Assembly: GCA_050012655.1 (NCBI GenBank) | Contig: JBEKGT010000001.1 | Span: forward strand, 1 to 38,731 | Reading direction: 5' to 3' | DNA from: Gemmatimonadales bacterium | GTDB taxonomy: Bacteria; Gemmatimonadota; Gemmatimonadetes; Gemmatimonadales; JACORV01 | Length of the DNA: 38,731 bases | Notes under the pieces: model-generated | Told to the model about the DNA's origin: nothing | Databases searched by the model: none | What the model saw: only the letters and a program-made list of their open reading frames with translations | Program-made: the position numbers and the translations under genes | Shown: positions 8,122 through 16,697 of the stretch, piece after piece | How positions within the stretch are numbered: the first letter of the stretch is position 1 | Layout of the letters: each line of letters begins with the position of its first letter

Positions 8122-10049
8122 ACCTCGGCGCGCTCGATTGGCTGATCATCGCCGCCTTCTTCGTCTTCGTCGCGGGGACCGCCATCGTCTCGCGCCCCCT
8201 GGTGCGGAGCGTGGCCGACTTCCTTGCCGCCGGCCGCACCGCCGGCCGCTACGTCCTCTCCGTCTCACAGGGGGCCGCCGCCGTCGGCGCCATCACCATC
8301 GTCGGCACGCTGGAGATGAACTACATCGCCGGCTTTCAGCAGGCGTGGTGGGCCCTGACGACGGCCGTCGTGGTGATCGTCATCGCCGTCACCGGCTGGG
8401 TCGCCTACCGCTTCCGGGAGACCCGCTGCCTCACGATGGCGGAGTTCTTCGAGCGCCGGTACAGCCGCCGCTTCCGCATCTTCGCCGGCTCCATCGCGTA
8501 CCTCTCCGGCATCGTGAACTTCGGCATCTTCCCCGCCGTGGAGGCGCGGTTCTTCATCTACTTCGTCGGCCTCCCGCACCGCTTCGCATTGCTCGGTGTG
8601 GACGTTGCGGCCTTCCCGGTGATGGTGGCGTTCCTCCTCGTGCTCTCGCTCGTCCTGGTCTTCGTCGGCGGGCAGGTGGCCGTCATCCTCACCGACTTCC
8701 TCCAAGGCCTGTTCATCAACGCCCTCTTCCTCGTGATGAGCGCGTACCTCCTGGTGCGCGTGCGCTGGAGCCAGGTCGTCGCAGGCCTCCTCACCGCGCC
8801 GCACGGCGCCTCGCTCGTGGACCCGTACCATGCGAGCCAGGTGGCCGACTTCAACTTCTGGTACTTCCTCATCGGCGTCATCGGCGTCGTCTACACCTGG
8901 ATGTCGTGGCAGGGGACGCAGGGATACAACGCCTCCGCGAAGTCGGCGCACGAGGCGCGGATGGCCTGGGTCCTCTACGCCTGGAGGATGATCCCGCAGA
9001 CGCTCGTGCTTCTGGTCATCGCCGTCGTCGCCTATGCGGTCCTCCACAACGCCGACTTCGCCGGCGAGGCGGCGCGGGCCAACGCCGTCATCCGCGGCGC
9101 CGGGGCGCCGATGATCCAGAGCCAGCTCCGCGTGCCGGTCGTCCTCAGCCAGCTCCTCCCGCCGGGGCTGATGGGCGCCTTCACCGCGGTGATGCTCGCG
9201 ACCGCGCTCACCTGCAAGTCGGCGTACATGCACTCCTGGGGCAGCATCTTCGTGCAGGACGTCTTCATCCCGCTGCGCGGGAAGCCGCTGGAGCCGCGTG
9301 AGCACCTCCGGGTGCTGCGCTGGTCCATCCTCTTCGTGGCGGCGTTCACCTTCGCCTTCAGCATCCTCTTCCAGCAGAGCCAGGCGATCTTCCTCTTCTT
9401 CGCCATCACCGGCGCCATCTTCGCCGGCGGCTCGGGGGCGGTGATCATCGGCGGCCTCTACTGGAAGCGGGGCACCACCGCGGCGGCATACACGGCGATG
9501 ATCCTCGGCGCCGGGATCTCGGTGGGCGGGATCGTCCTCCTCCAGCTCGACCCGAAGTTCCCCGTGAACGGCCAGTGGTTCTGGGGGATCGCGATGGCGG
9601 CGGCGAGCGTGGGGTACGTCATGGTGTCGCTGGTGGGCAAGCGCGGCGCCGCGGACCTGGGGCGGCTCCTGCACCGCGGCGTGCATGCGCTGTCGCAGGA
9701 CCAGGTGGCCGTGACCGACCTCCCCCCCGTGGGCTGGCGCGCGCTCGGCCTCGACCGCGAGGCGAGCCGCGGCGACCGCGCCACGGTGCTGGCGACCTAC
9801 GGCTGGATCTCGCTCTGGGCGGTGGCGTTCGTGATCGGCACGGTGCTCAGCGCCGCCGGCACGGTGAGCGAGGCGGCGTGGGCATCCTTCTGGCACGCGT
9901 TCCTCTTGATCAACCTGGTGGCCGGGGTCGTGGTGTTGTTCTGGTTCGGTACGTTCGGCATCAGGGACCTCGGGCGGATGCTGCGCGCGCTCCGCGGGCG
10001 GGAGCGCGACGCGACCGATGACGGCTTCGTTCGGAGGGTTGTGCCGTGA
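8118..10049 (+). CDS. Sodium:solute symporter family (SSS) transporter
   Basis: GTG at 8118 overlaps the upstream stop (GTGA). The ~643-aa product is highly hydrophobic with more than 12 predicted TM segments and resembles SSS/SLC5-type symporters. The part of the track ORF before 8118 is Arg/Pro-rich and overlaps the previous gene. Confidence 0.85.
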   Translation: MNLGALDWLIIAAFFVFVAGTAIVSRPLVRSVADFLAAGRTAGRYVLSVSQGAAAVGAITIVGTLEMNYIAGFQQAWWALTTAVVVIVIAVTGWVAYRFRETRCLTMAEFFERRYSRRFRIFAGSIAYLSGIVNFGIFPAVEARFFIYFVGLPHRFALLGVDVAAFPVMVAFLLVLSLVLVFVGGQVAVILTDFLQGLFINALFLVMSAYLLVRVRWSQVVAGLLTAPHGASLVDPYHASQVADFNFWYFLIGVIGVVYTWMSWQGTQGYNASAKSAHEARMAWVLYAWRMIPQTLVLLVIAVVAYAVLHNADFAGEAARANAVIRGAGAPMIQSQLRVPVVLSQLLPPGLMGAFTAVMLATALTCKSAYMHSWGSIFVQDVFIPLRGKPLEPREHLRVLRWSILFVAAFTFAFSILFQQSQAIFLFFAITGAIFAGGSGAVIIGGLYWKRGTTAAAYTAMILGAGISVGGIVLLQLDPKFPVNGQWFWGIAMAAASVGYVMVSLVGKRGAADLGRLLHRGVHALSQDQVAVTDLPPVGWRALGLDREASRGDRATVLATYGWISLWAVAFVIGTVLSAAGTVSEAAWASFWHAFLLINLVAGVVVLFWFGTFGIRDLGRMLRALRGRERDATDDGFVRRVVP

Positions 10050-11017
10050 CGCTCCTGCGCAGTCCCCGGAACCCGATCCTCACCCGGGCGGACATCCCGC
10101 CCGTGCTCCCGGACTTCACCGACGTCACCTCGGTCTTCAACCCCGGCGCCATCCACGACGGCGGCCGCACGCTGCTGATGCTCCGCGTGCAGAGTCGGGG
10201 CCGCCGCACGGCCCTCGTGATGGCCGAAAGTGATGACGGTGAGCGGTTCACGGTACACGGTTCGCCGGTGGTCTTCCGGGGGGTGGAACGGGCCGGTGAG
10301 AAGCTCCACCACCTCTACGACCCGCGCCTCACCCGCATCGGCGACACGGTCTACGTGCTCTTCGCCGCCGACACGGAGACCGGATGCAAGCTCGGCGTCG
10401 GCTCCACCCAGGACTTCGAGACCTTCGACTTCATCGGAGTCGGCAGCCACCCCGACATCCGCAACGGCGTCCTCTTCCCTGAGAAGATGGGCGGCCGCTT
10501 CGTGCGGCTCGACCGCCCCAACCGCTCGGCGCTCGAGGGGGGCGTCACGTCGGGGGACGAGATCTGGCTTTCCACCTCCGACGACCTGGTCGAGTGGAAG
10601 CCGGAGAGAGCGGTGATGGGTGGACGCTGGCACTATTGGGATGAGCGCATCGGCTCGGGCCCGCCGCCGGTGAAGACGCGCCAGGGGTGGCTGCATCTCT
10701 ACCACGGCATCGCGACCCACTTCGCGAGCGTGAGCATCTACCAGGTCGGCGCCGTCCTCCTCGACCTCGCCGACCCGTCGAAGGTGCTGGCGCGGAGCTG
10801 GAACAACATCCTCGAACCGCGGGAACTGTACGAGCTGGTGGGCCAGGTGCCGAACGTCGTCTTCCCTGGCGGGATGGTCGTCGAGTTGCACGACGAGGAC
10901 GGCTTCGCCCTCCCCGAGTCCCGGGTGCAGGTGTACTACGGGGCGGCCGACACCTGCGTGGGGCTCGCGACGACGACGATCAGGGAGCTTCTCGGAGCGT
11001 GCGATGGCCCGGCGTAA
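10046..11017 (+). CDS. Glycoside hydrolase family 130 beta-mannoside phosphorylase (cytoplasmic)
   Basis: GTG at 10046 overlaps the symporter stop (GTGA). There is no signal peptide. GH130-type motifs are present: RNPILT, VFNPGAI, YDPRLT, IRNGVLFPEK, LDRPN, WDERIGSGPPPVKT, GWLHLYHG and YYGAADT. Confidence 0.8.
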   Translation: MTLLRSPRNPILTRADIPPVLPDFTDVTSVFNPGAIHDGGRTLLMLRVQSRGRRTALVMAESDDGERFTVHGSPVVFRGVERAGEKLHHLYDPRLTRIGDTVYVLFAADTETGCKLGVGSTQDFETFDFIGVGSHPDIRNGVLFPEKMGGRFVRLDRPNRSALEGGVTSGDEIWLSTSDDLVEWKPERAVMGGRWHYWDERIGSGPPPVKTRQGWLHLYHGIATHFASVSIYQVGAVLLDLADPSKVLARSWNNILEPRELYELVGQVPNVVFPGGMVVELHDEDGFALPESRVQVYYGAADTCVGLATTTIRELLGACDGPA

Positions 11018-13862
11018 GCCGAGCACGCCCGCGGCGTCGCCCTGGCCCGCCCCCGCTTCGGGCGATGCGCCACGGGCCTCGGACGCGCCGCCCGCCGACC
11101 CGCGTCTCGTGTTCATCGTCTCGCACACCCACTGGGACCGCGAGTGGTACCTGCCGTTCCGGCGGTTCCGCGTCCACCTCGTCGAGGTGGTGCGGCAGGT
11201 GCTCGACGCGCTGGAGCGGGGCGGGGAGTTCCGCCACTTCCTCCTCGATGGCCAGGCCATCGTCCTCGAGGACCACCTCGCTATCCGGCCCGAGGATGAG
11301 GAGCGCATCCGGTCGCTCGTGCGGGCGGGGAAGCTCTCCATCGGTCCGTGGTACGTCCTCCCCGACTGGTTCCTCGTGAGTGGCGAGGCGATCGTCCGCA
11401 ACCTCCTCATCGGCCACCAGGCGTGTGGCCGGTTCGGGCCGGTGCAGAAGGTCGGCTACATGCCCGACTCCTTCGGGCACGTCGCGCAGATCCCGCAGAT
11501 CCTTCGCCGAGCGGGGATCGAGTCGTTCATCTACACGCGGGGCAACGACGATGCGGCCGACGCGTGCGGTGGCGAGTACCGCTGGGAGGCCCCGGACGGC
11601 AGCGACGTCCTCGCCGTGAACCAGTACCGCGGCTACGACGCCGCCGCAGGGCTCGGCTTCGACAGCTACTGGGCGGCGCACACGCGGCGCGCGGTGGATC
11701 CGGCGCTGGCGGTGGAGAAGGTGCGCGCACTCTTCGAGGGGATGGCGGCGCGGTCGAAGGGCGACGTTCGCCTCCTCGGCAACGGCGGCGACCACCTCCC
11801 GCCCCAGCAGGACTTCGGCGCCGTGATCGGCGCGCTGCGTTCCGCCTTCCCGCGCACTGAGTTCCGGCACACCGGCCTGGCGGACTTCGTCGAGGCGGTT
11901 CGGGAGGCCGGCACCGCCACGGCGCGCTACCGCGGTGAGCTGCGCGGGGGGAAGGACCAGTTCATCCTCCCCGGCGTCTGGTCGGCGCGGACCTACCTCA
12001 AGCAGATGAACGACGAGGCGGAGAACCTCCTCGAACGCTTCGCTGAGCCGGTGTCTTCGTATCTCCACTTCCGGCGCGGGAAGCCGTATCCCGCGGGCGC
12101 CCTCGCCGACGCGTGGCGGCTCCTCCTCCAGAACCACCCGCACGACTCGCTCTGCGGCTGCTCGACCGACGAGGTGCACCGGGAGATGGTGCCGCGGTTC
12201 GCCGGCGTCGTGGACACGGCGGAGCAGGTCCTCACCGACCAGATGGTGGGCCTCGCACCCACCTTCGCCGCCGACCCCGCGGAGGATGCGGCCATCGTGC
12301 TCGCGGTGATGAACCCGCTCCCCGCGGTCCGCAGCGAGGTAGTCGAGCGGCTCGTCGTCGTCGGGCCGCCGGGCGTGGATCCGGAGCGGCTCGAACTCGT
12401 GGACGCGGCCGGCCGGCCCGCCCCCTTCGCGGTGACGCGGGCGTGGTGGGTGGAGCGCTTCTGGGGGATAGACTACCGGAGCGCGCCCTGGGGGGAGCGG
12501 CAGGGCGCCCTCTTCGCGTCGTACCGCGAGGAGTTCGCGCAGCGCATCCTGCGGCGCGGGCCGGGCGGCGGGAAGAACGACCAGTTCCTCGAGATCCGGT
12601 TCCTCGCGCGCGACCTCCCGGCCCTCGGCCACGCGATCTACCATCTGCGGCAGCGCGCGGTGGCCGCCACGCCGCCGGCCGCTGCCGTCGGCACGGTGGT
12701 GGCCTCGGGCGACACCCTCGAGAACGACCTCGTGCGCGTGCGCCTCCACGGCGACGGCACCCTCGACCTCACGCACAAGCCGTCCAGCCGCACCTACGCG
12801 GCCCTCAATCTCCTCACCGACACCGAGGACGTGGGGGACGAGTACGACTACGCTCCCGCGTCCGAGTCGGAGTCGGTGACGGCGGCCGGCTCGCCTGGCG
12901 AGGTCCGGGTGGTGGAGGCCGGCGGCCTGCTCGGCCGGCTCGAGGCGTCGTTCGCGTTCCGGCTTCCCGAGTCCATCGGGAGGGGCCGCAAGCGGCGCGC
13001 GCGGCGGAAGGTGGCATGCCCCGTGACAGTCCGCCTCACCCTGTGCGATGGCAGCCCACTGGTCGATATCGAGACTGTTCTCGAGAACCGGGCCAGGGAC
13101 CACCGTCTCCGTGCGCTCTTTGCCGCCGGCGCGGCGACGGACACGGTCATCTCCGACGGCCACTTCTACGTCAACCGCCGGCCCGTGGACATCCCGGCGC
13201 ATCCCGACTGGCTCCAGCCCCCCGCGGACACCCACCCGCAGCGGGAGTTCTCGCTGGTGGAGGACGCGCGCGGCGGCGTGGCGGTGCTCGCGCGCGGCCT
13301 GCCGGAGATCGCGCCGGTCCGTGACCCCGCAGGACACGCCGGCTTCGCGCTCACCCTGCTGCGCGCCGTGGGATGGCTCTCGCGCGACGACCTCCCCACC
13401 CGCCGCATGCGCAACGCCGGCCCCACCCTCGCCACGCCCGGTGCGCAGTGCCTCGGCACGCAGCGCTTCCGGTATGCCCTCCTGCCGTACGCCGGGGACT
13501 TGCTGGCGGCGGGCGTGAAGACGTGGAGCGAGCGCTGGCGCACGCCGCCGCTGGTGGTGCAGGGCGTGGACGACGGCCACGTGCCCGGCGGCACGGGGCT
13601 GTTCGTGCTCCGGGGGGAAGGCGTGCACGTGAGCGCGGTGAAGAAGCACGAGGCGCGCGACACGCTCGTGGTGCGGCTCTGTAATCTCGCCGACGCGCGC
13701 CGCGAGGCGGCGCTGCGCTTCGGGCCTCCGGTGGCCGGGGCGTGGCGCGCCGACCTCCTCGAAGAGCGGCTGTGCGCCTTGATGATGGCAGGCGGGCACG
13801 ACGTCGTGGTGGAACTCGGTCCGCACGAGATCGCGACGCTGGAGGTCGAGTTCGGCAGCTGA
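11004..13862 (+). CDS. Glycoside hydrolase family 38 alpha-mannosidase (cytoplasmic)
   Basis: It has the N-terminal GH38 signature FIVSHTHWDREWYLPF, a length of ~950 aa typical for bacterial GH38 enzymes, and no signal peptide. It overlaps the GH130 gene by 14 nt. Confidence 0.85.
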   Translation: MARRKPSTPAASPWPAPASGDAPRASDAPPADPRLVFIVSHTHWDREWYLPFRRFRVHLVEVVRQVLDALERGGEFRHFLLDGQAIVLEDHLAIRPEDEERIRSLVRAGKLSIGPWYVLPDWFLVSGEAIVRNLLIGHQACGRFGPVQKVGYMPDSFGHVAQIPQILRRAGIESFIYTRGNDDAADACGGEYRWEAPDGSDVLAVNQYRGYDAAAGLGFDSYWAAHTRRAVDPALAVEKVRALFEGMAARSKGDVRLLGNGGDHLPPQQDFGAVIGALRSAFPRTEFRHTGLADFVEAVREAGTATARYRGELRGGKDQFILPGVWSARTYLKQMNDEAENLLERFAEPVSSYLHFRRGKPYPAGALADAWRLLLQNHPHDSLCGCSTDEVHREMVPRFAGVVDTAEQVLTDQMVGLAPTFAADPAEDAAIVLAVMNPLPAVRSEVVERLVVVGPPGVDPERLELVDAAGRPAPFAVTRAWWVERFWGIDYRSAPWGERQGALFASYREEFAQRILRRGPGGGKNDQFLEIRFLARDLPALGHAIYHLRQRAVAATPPAAAVGTVVASGDTLENDLVRVRLHGDGTLDLTHKPSSRTYAALNLLTDTEDVGDEYDYAPASESESVTAAGSPGEVRVVEAGGLLGRLEASFAFRLPESIGRGRKRRARRKVACPVTVRLTLCDGSPLVDIETVLENRARDHRLRALFAAGAATDTVISDGHFYVNRRPVDIPAHPDWLQPPADTHPQREFSLVEDARGGVAVLARGLPEIAPVRDPAGHAGFALTLLRAVGWLSRDDLPTRRMRNAGPTLATPGAQCLGTQRFRYALLPYAGDLLAAGVKTWSERWRTPPLVVQGVDDGHVPGGTGLFVLRGEGVHVSAVKKHEARDTLVVRLCNLADARREAALRFGPPVAGAWRADLLEERLCALMMAGGHDVVVELGPHEIATLEVEFGS

Positions 13863-13869
13863 CCGCCTC

Positions 13870-13933
13870 CGGTGTGCGGTACGCGGTATGCGGTATGCGA
13901 TGCGTGGTCCACGGTGCGTCGGTAAACGGTGCG
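13870..13933 (+). repeat. Degenerate heptanucleotide tandem array, about 9 units, consensus CGGTRYG
   Basis: The units read CGGTGTG CGGTACG CGGTATG CGGTATG CGATGCG TGGTCCA CGGTGCG (TCGGTAAA) CGGTGCG. The array starts 8 nt after the GH38 stop and ends 32 nt before the PEBP start. Confidence 0.6.
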
Positions 13934-13964
13934 CCCGGCAGGGTGGCCGGGCAGGGAGGCAGCC

Positions 13965-14441
13965 ATGGCCCTCAACATCAGCTCCACCGCGTTCCCGGGT
14001 GGCGGCGAGATCCCCAGCCGCTACACCTGTGAGGACCGCAACGTCTCCCCGCCCCTCGTCTTCTCGGGCGTGCCGCACGCCGCGGAGAGCCTCGTCCTCA
14101 TCGTGGACGACCCCGACGCCCCCGATCCCCGCGCGCCGAAGATGACGTGGGTGCACTGGGTGCTCTACGACATCCCACCGACGTGCGCCGGACTCTCCGA
14201 GGGGGTGCGGCCCGCCGACCTCCCGCGCGGCACGCGCGAGGGGACGAGCGACTTCAAGCGCACCGGTTACGGCGGGCCCTGTCCCCCGGTCGGGCGGCAC
14301 CGGTACTTCCACAAGCTGTACGCCCTCGACATCGTTCTGCCTGACCTCGGACGGCCGACCAAGGCCCAACTCGAGACGGCGATGCGGGGCCACGTCCTGG
14401 AGCACGCGGTGCTGATGGGGACCTACCAGAAGGGGCGATAG
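13965..14441 (+). CDS. YbhB/YbcL family Raf-kinase-inhibitor-like (PEBP) protein
   Basis: ATG at 13965 has GGGAGG upstream. PEBP motifs are present: IVDDPDAP, VHWVLYDIP and GYGGPCPPVGRHRYFHKLYALD. Confidence 0.85.
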   Translation: MALNISSTAFPGGGEIPSRYTCEDRNVSPPLVFSGVPHAAESLVLIVDDPDAPDPRAPKMTWVHWVLYDIPPTCAGLSEGVRPADLPRGTREGTSDFKRTGYGGPCPPVGRHRYFHKLYALDIVLPDLGRPTKAQLETAMRGHVLEHAVLMGTYQKGR

Positions 14442-14449
14442 GAGCGGAG

Positions 14450-14845
14450 ATGTCGTCTGCGGGGGCACGGCTGGCGCGGGAGCGCCGGACCATCAAGGCG
14501 ATGATCGCGATCTACTGCCACGACCATCACCACCACGGCCGGGGGCTCTGCGACGGGTGCGCGACGCTCGGCGCCTACGCCGACCGGCGGCTCGACCTCT
14601 GCCCCTACGGCCCCGACAAGCCGACGTGCGTCAACTGTCCCGCGCACTGTTACCAGCCGCGGATGCGCGAGTCGGTGAAGGACGTGATGCGCTACGCCGG
14701 CCCGCGGATGATGAGGCGCCACCCGATCCTCGCTCTGCGGCACCTCCTCGACGGCTGGCGGCCGGCGCCGGAGCGCCCCGGCCGGCTCGCGCGCCGCGAG
14801 CCCCTCTCCGACCAGAAGGCCCCGGCGGGCGGCCACACCGCCTGA
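14450..14845 (+). CDS. Nitrous-oxide-stimulated-promoter (YgbA_NO) family Cys/His-rich protein
   Basis: It carries the Cys/His pattern CHDHHHHGRGLCDGC...CPYGPDKPTCVNCPAHCY followed by MRYAGPRMMRRHP, as in YgbA-like proteins. Confidence 0.75.
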   Translation: MSSAGARLARERRTIKAMIAIYCHDHHHHGRGLCDGCATLGAYADRRLDLCPYGPDKPTCVNCPAHCYQPRMRESVKDVMRYAGPRMMRRHPILALRHLLDGWRPAPERPGRLARREPLSDQKAPAGGHTA

Positions 14846-15032
14846 CCGGCGGGCGCCCGAGCGCCCCCTCAGCTTCTCTCGCCCCTCCGCATCGCGCCCC
14901 GGCGCGAAGATTGCGGGATTCCCCTCAGGTCAATTGCAGGTCGAAGGCGCCAACGCCATTCCCTACAAATGACATCGGGTATCCGCGCACCAAGGGACCC
15001 CAGGGCCCTGTGACGAAAGGGGACGCACACCG

Positions 15033-16157
15033 ATGGCCGACAAGAAGGCAGATCTGGCTGGACCCGGCATCAGCACGTACCCGGAGGTGGAGAAGGTCCT
15101 CCCCGCCGGCTACAGCTCGATCCTTGACCCGAAGGAGACGCAGCACGCGATCACCGCGGTCAAGCGCTACATCGAGGACGGTCTCTGCAAGGAACTGAAT
15201 CTCTTCCGCGTCGAAGTGCCCCTGATCGTCAGCAAGGACAGCGGGGTCAACGACTACCTCGACCGCGACGGCTCGCGCACGCCGATCGAGTTCCCGTGCG
15301 GGCTCGGCCTCGAGAAGCGGATCGAGGCGCAGGTCGTGCAGGCGGCGACAAAGTGGAAGCGCCTCGCGCTCCCGCAGTTCGGCTGCAAGGTCGGCGAGGG
15401 GATCGTCACCGACATGCGCGCGGTCCGGAAGGACTACTTCCTCGACCACGACCACTCGGCCTACGTGGACCAGTGGGACTGGGAACGGGTGATGACCGCC
15501 GACCAGCGCAATCTGGACTTCCTGAAGGACGTGGTCCGGAAGATCTGGAAGGTCCTCGCCGGCGCGCAGAAGCAGGCGTACGACATGTTCCCGAAGCTGA
15601 AGGGGAAGCATCCGGAGATCGCCGACGAGCTGAAGTTCCTGCACGCCGAAGAGATCCTGGAGATGTTCCCCGACCTGCCGCGCAAGCAGCGGGAGACCGA
15701 GATCCTGAAGAAGTATCCGGCCGTCTTCATCATCGGCATCGGCTGGGTGCTGGCCGACGGGTACCCGCACGAGATGCGCGCCGCCGACTACGACGACTGG
15801 GTGACCGACACGTCGAAGATGACGGGAAAGAACACCCACGGCCTCAACGGCGACATCCTGGTGTGGAACCCGGTGACGAAGCGGCGCCACGAGCTGACCT
15901 CGATGGGCATCCGCGTCACCAAGGAGACGCTGAAGCAGCAGCTCGAAATCACCAAGCAGCTCGACTTCCTGAAGCTGCCCTATCACCAGGCGATCCTGAA
16001 CGACAAGATCCCGCTCTCGATCGGCGGCGGCATCGGGCAGTCGCGCACGCTGATGTGGATCCTCAAGAAGGCGCACCTCGGCGAGGTGAGCGTCACCGTC
16101 TGGCCGAAGCAGCTGAAGGACATCTGCGAGAAGAAGAACATCCACGTGCTGGAGTAG
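15033..16157 (+). CDS. asnA: Aspartate--ammonia ligase (asparagine synthetase A)
   Basis: It is collinear with AsnA throughout: SAYVDQWDWERV, AVFIIGIG, RAADYDDW, GLNGDILVWNPV, ELTSMGIRV, LSIGGGIGQSR and GEVSVTVWP. It has an N-terminal extension like the Bacteroidetes-type AsnA. Confidence 0.9.
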   Translation: MADKKADLAGPGISTYPEVEKVLPAGYSSILDPKETQHAITAVKRYIEDGLCKELNLFRVEVPLIVSKDSGVNDYLDRDGSRTPIEFPCGLGLEKRIEAQVVQAATKWKRLALPQFGCKVGEGIVTDMRAVRKDYFLDHDHSAYVDQWDWERVMTADQRNLDFLKDVVRKIWKVLAGAQKQAYDMFPKLKGKHPEIADELKFLHAEEILEMFPDLPRKQRETEILKKYPAVFIIGIGWVLADGYPHEMRAADYDDWVTDTSKMTGKNTHGLNGDILVWNPVTKRRHELTSMGIRVTKETLKQQLEITKQLDFLKLPYHQAILNDKIPLSIGGGIGQSRTLMWILKKAHLGEVSVTVWPKQLKDICEKKNIHVLE

Positions 16158-16170
16158 CGGCGACGCGGCC

Positions 16171-16195
16171 GGGGAGCGGGCCCTCCCGCTCTCCC
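16171..16195 (+). terminator. Hairpin downstream of asnA (candidate terminator)
   Basis: GGGGAGCGGG, a CCCT loop, then CCCGCTC(T)CCC give a 10-bp stem with one bulged T. It starts 14 nt after the asnA stop. Confidence 0.5.
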
Positions 16196-16229
16196 GCCGC
16201 TGTGGAACGGTGTAGATTGAACGACCCGC

Positions 16230-16252
16230 GCGCCCCGGTCCCGCCGGGGCGC
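16230..16252 (+). other. Second perfect GC hairpin in the asnA / membrane-protein spacer
   Basis: GCGCCCCGG (16230-16238) pairs perfectly with CCGGGGCGC (16244-16252) around a 5-nt loop. Its role is undetermined; it could be a terminator or a 5' UTR structure. Confidence 0.35.
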
Positions 16253-16308
16253 CGGCGTCTGGAGGCGTTCGACACGGTGTCGTCCTTCGGCTCGGGGGAG
16301 ATCCCGCG

Positions 16309-16689
16309 ATGCATCCGTACCTCGCCCTCAAGGCCATCCATCTCGCCGGCGTGTTCCTCGTCCTCATCGGCGTCGCCGGGATCGCGGCCGACGCCGCCAG
16401 TGGGCGGCCCAAGGGGGAGAACCCCGCCTCCGGCCTCCTCGCCGCGCTGCACGGCCTCGGCCTCCTGATCGTCCTCCTGGCGGGGTTCGGGATGCTGGCC
16501 AAGGTGATGCGCACGCCGGGCATGCCGAGTCCGGCGTGGGCGACCACGAAGCTGGTGATCTGGGCGCTCTTCGCGGTGGTGGCGGTGGTGCCGCGCCGCT
16601 GGCCGCGAACGGCACGCTGGGTGCTCGTCCTCGGCCTGCCGCTCCTCGGCGCCGCGGCCGCCGTCGTGGCGATCCTCAAGCCCTACTGA
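16309..16689 (+). CDS. Small integral membrane protein (about 4 TM helices), function unknown
   Basis: ATG at 16309. Hydrophobic segments include AIHLAGVFLVLIGVAGIA, LLAALHGLGLLIVLLAGFGML, LVIWALFAVVAVV and VLVLGLPLLGAAAAVVAIL. Confidence 0.5.
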   Translation: MHPYLALKAIHLAGVFLVLIGVAGIAADAASGRPKGENPASGLLAALHGLGLLIVLLAGFGMLAKVMRTPGMPSPAWATTKLVIWALFAVVAVVPRRWPRTARWVLVLGLPLLGAAAAVVAILKPY

Positions 16690-16697
16690 GACGGGCG

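Noticed and set aside
13870-13933. The heptamer arrays (also at 21531, 28528 and 33275) as CRISPR arrays or minisatellite phase-variation switches.
   Set aside because: The units are 7 nt with no spacers and there are no cas genes, so they are not CRISPR arrays. Copy numbers are low and the units degenerate, so classical slipped-strand phase variation is not supported.
10980-14468. A 1162-aa minus-strand ORF, the longest in the track.
   Set aside because: It lies entirely antisense to the GH38 and PEBP genes, which have diagnostic motifs. The translation is low complexity (R/G/A/P/E/V) with no domain signature. It is a GC artefact.
15033-16157. Lower apparent GC in asnA (and in PPK2, 25857-27431) as evidence of horizontal transfer.
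   Set aside because: The dip is largely explained by Lys/Glu/Asp/Ile-rich protein composition, since third positions remain G/C-biased. There are no flanking mobile-element signatures. The Bacteroidetes-like AsnA architecture is noted, but HGT cannot be claimed from this window.
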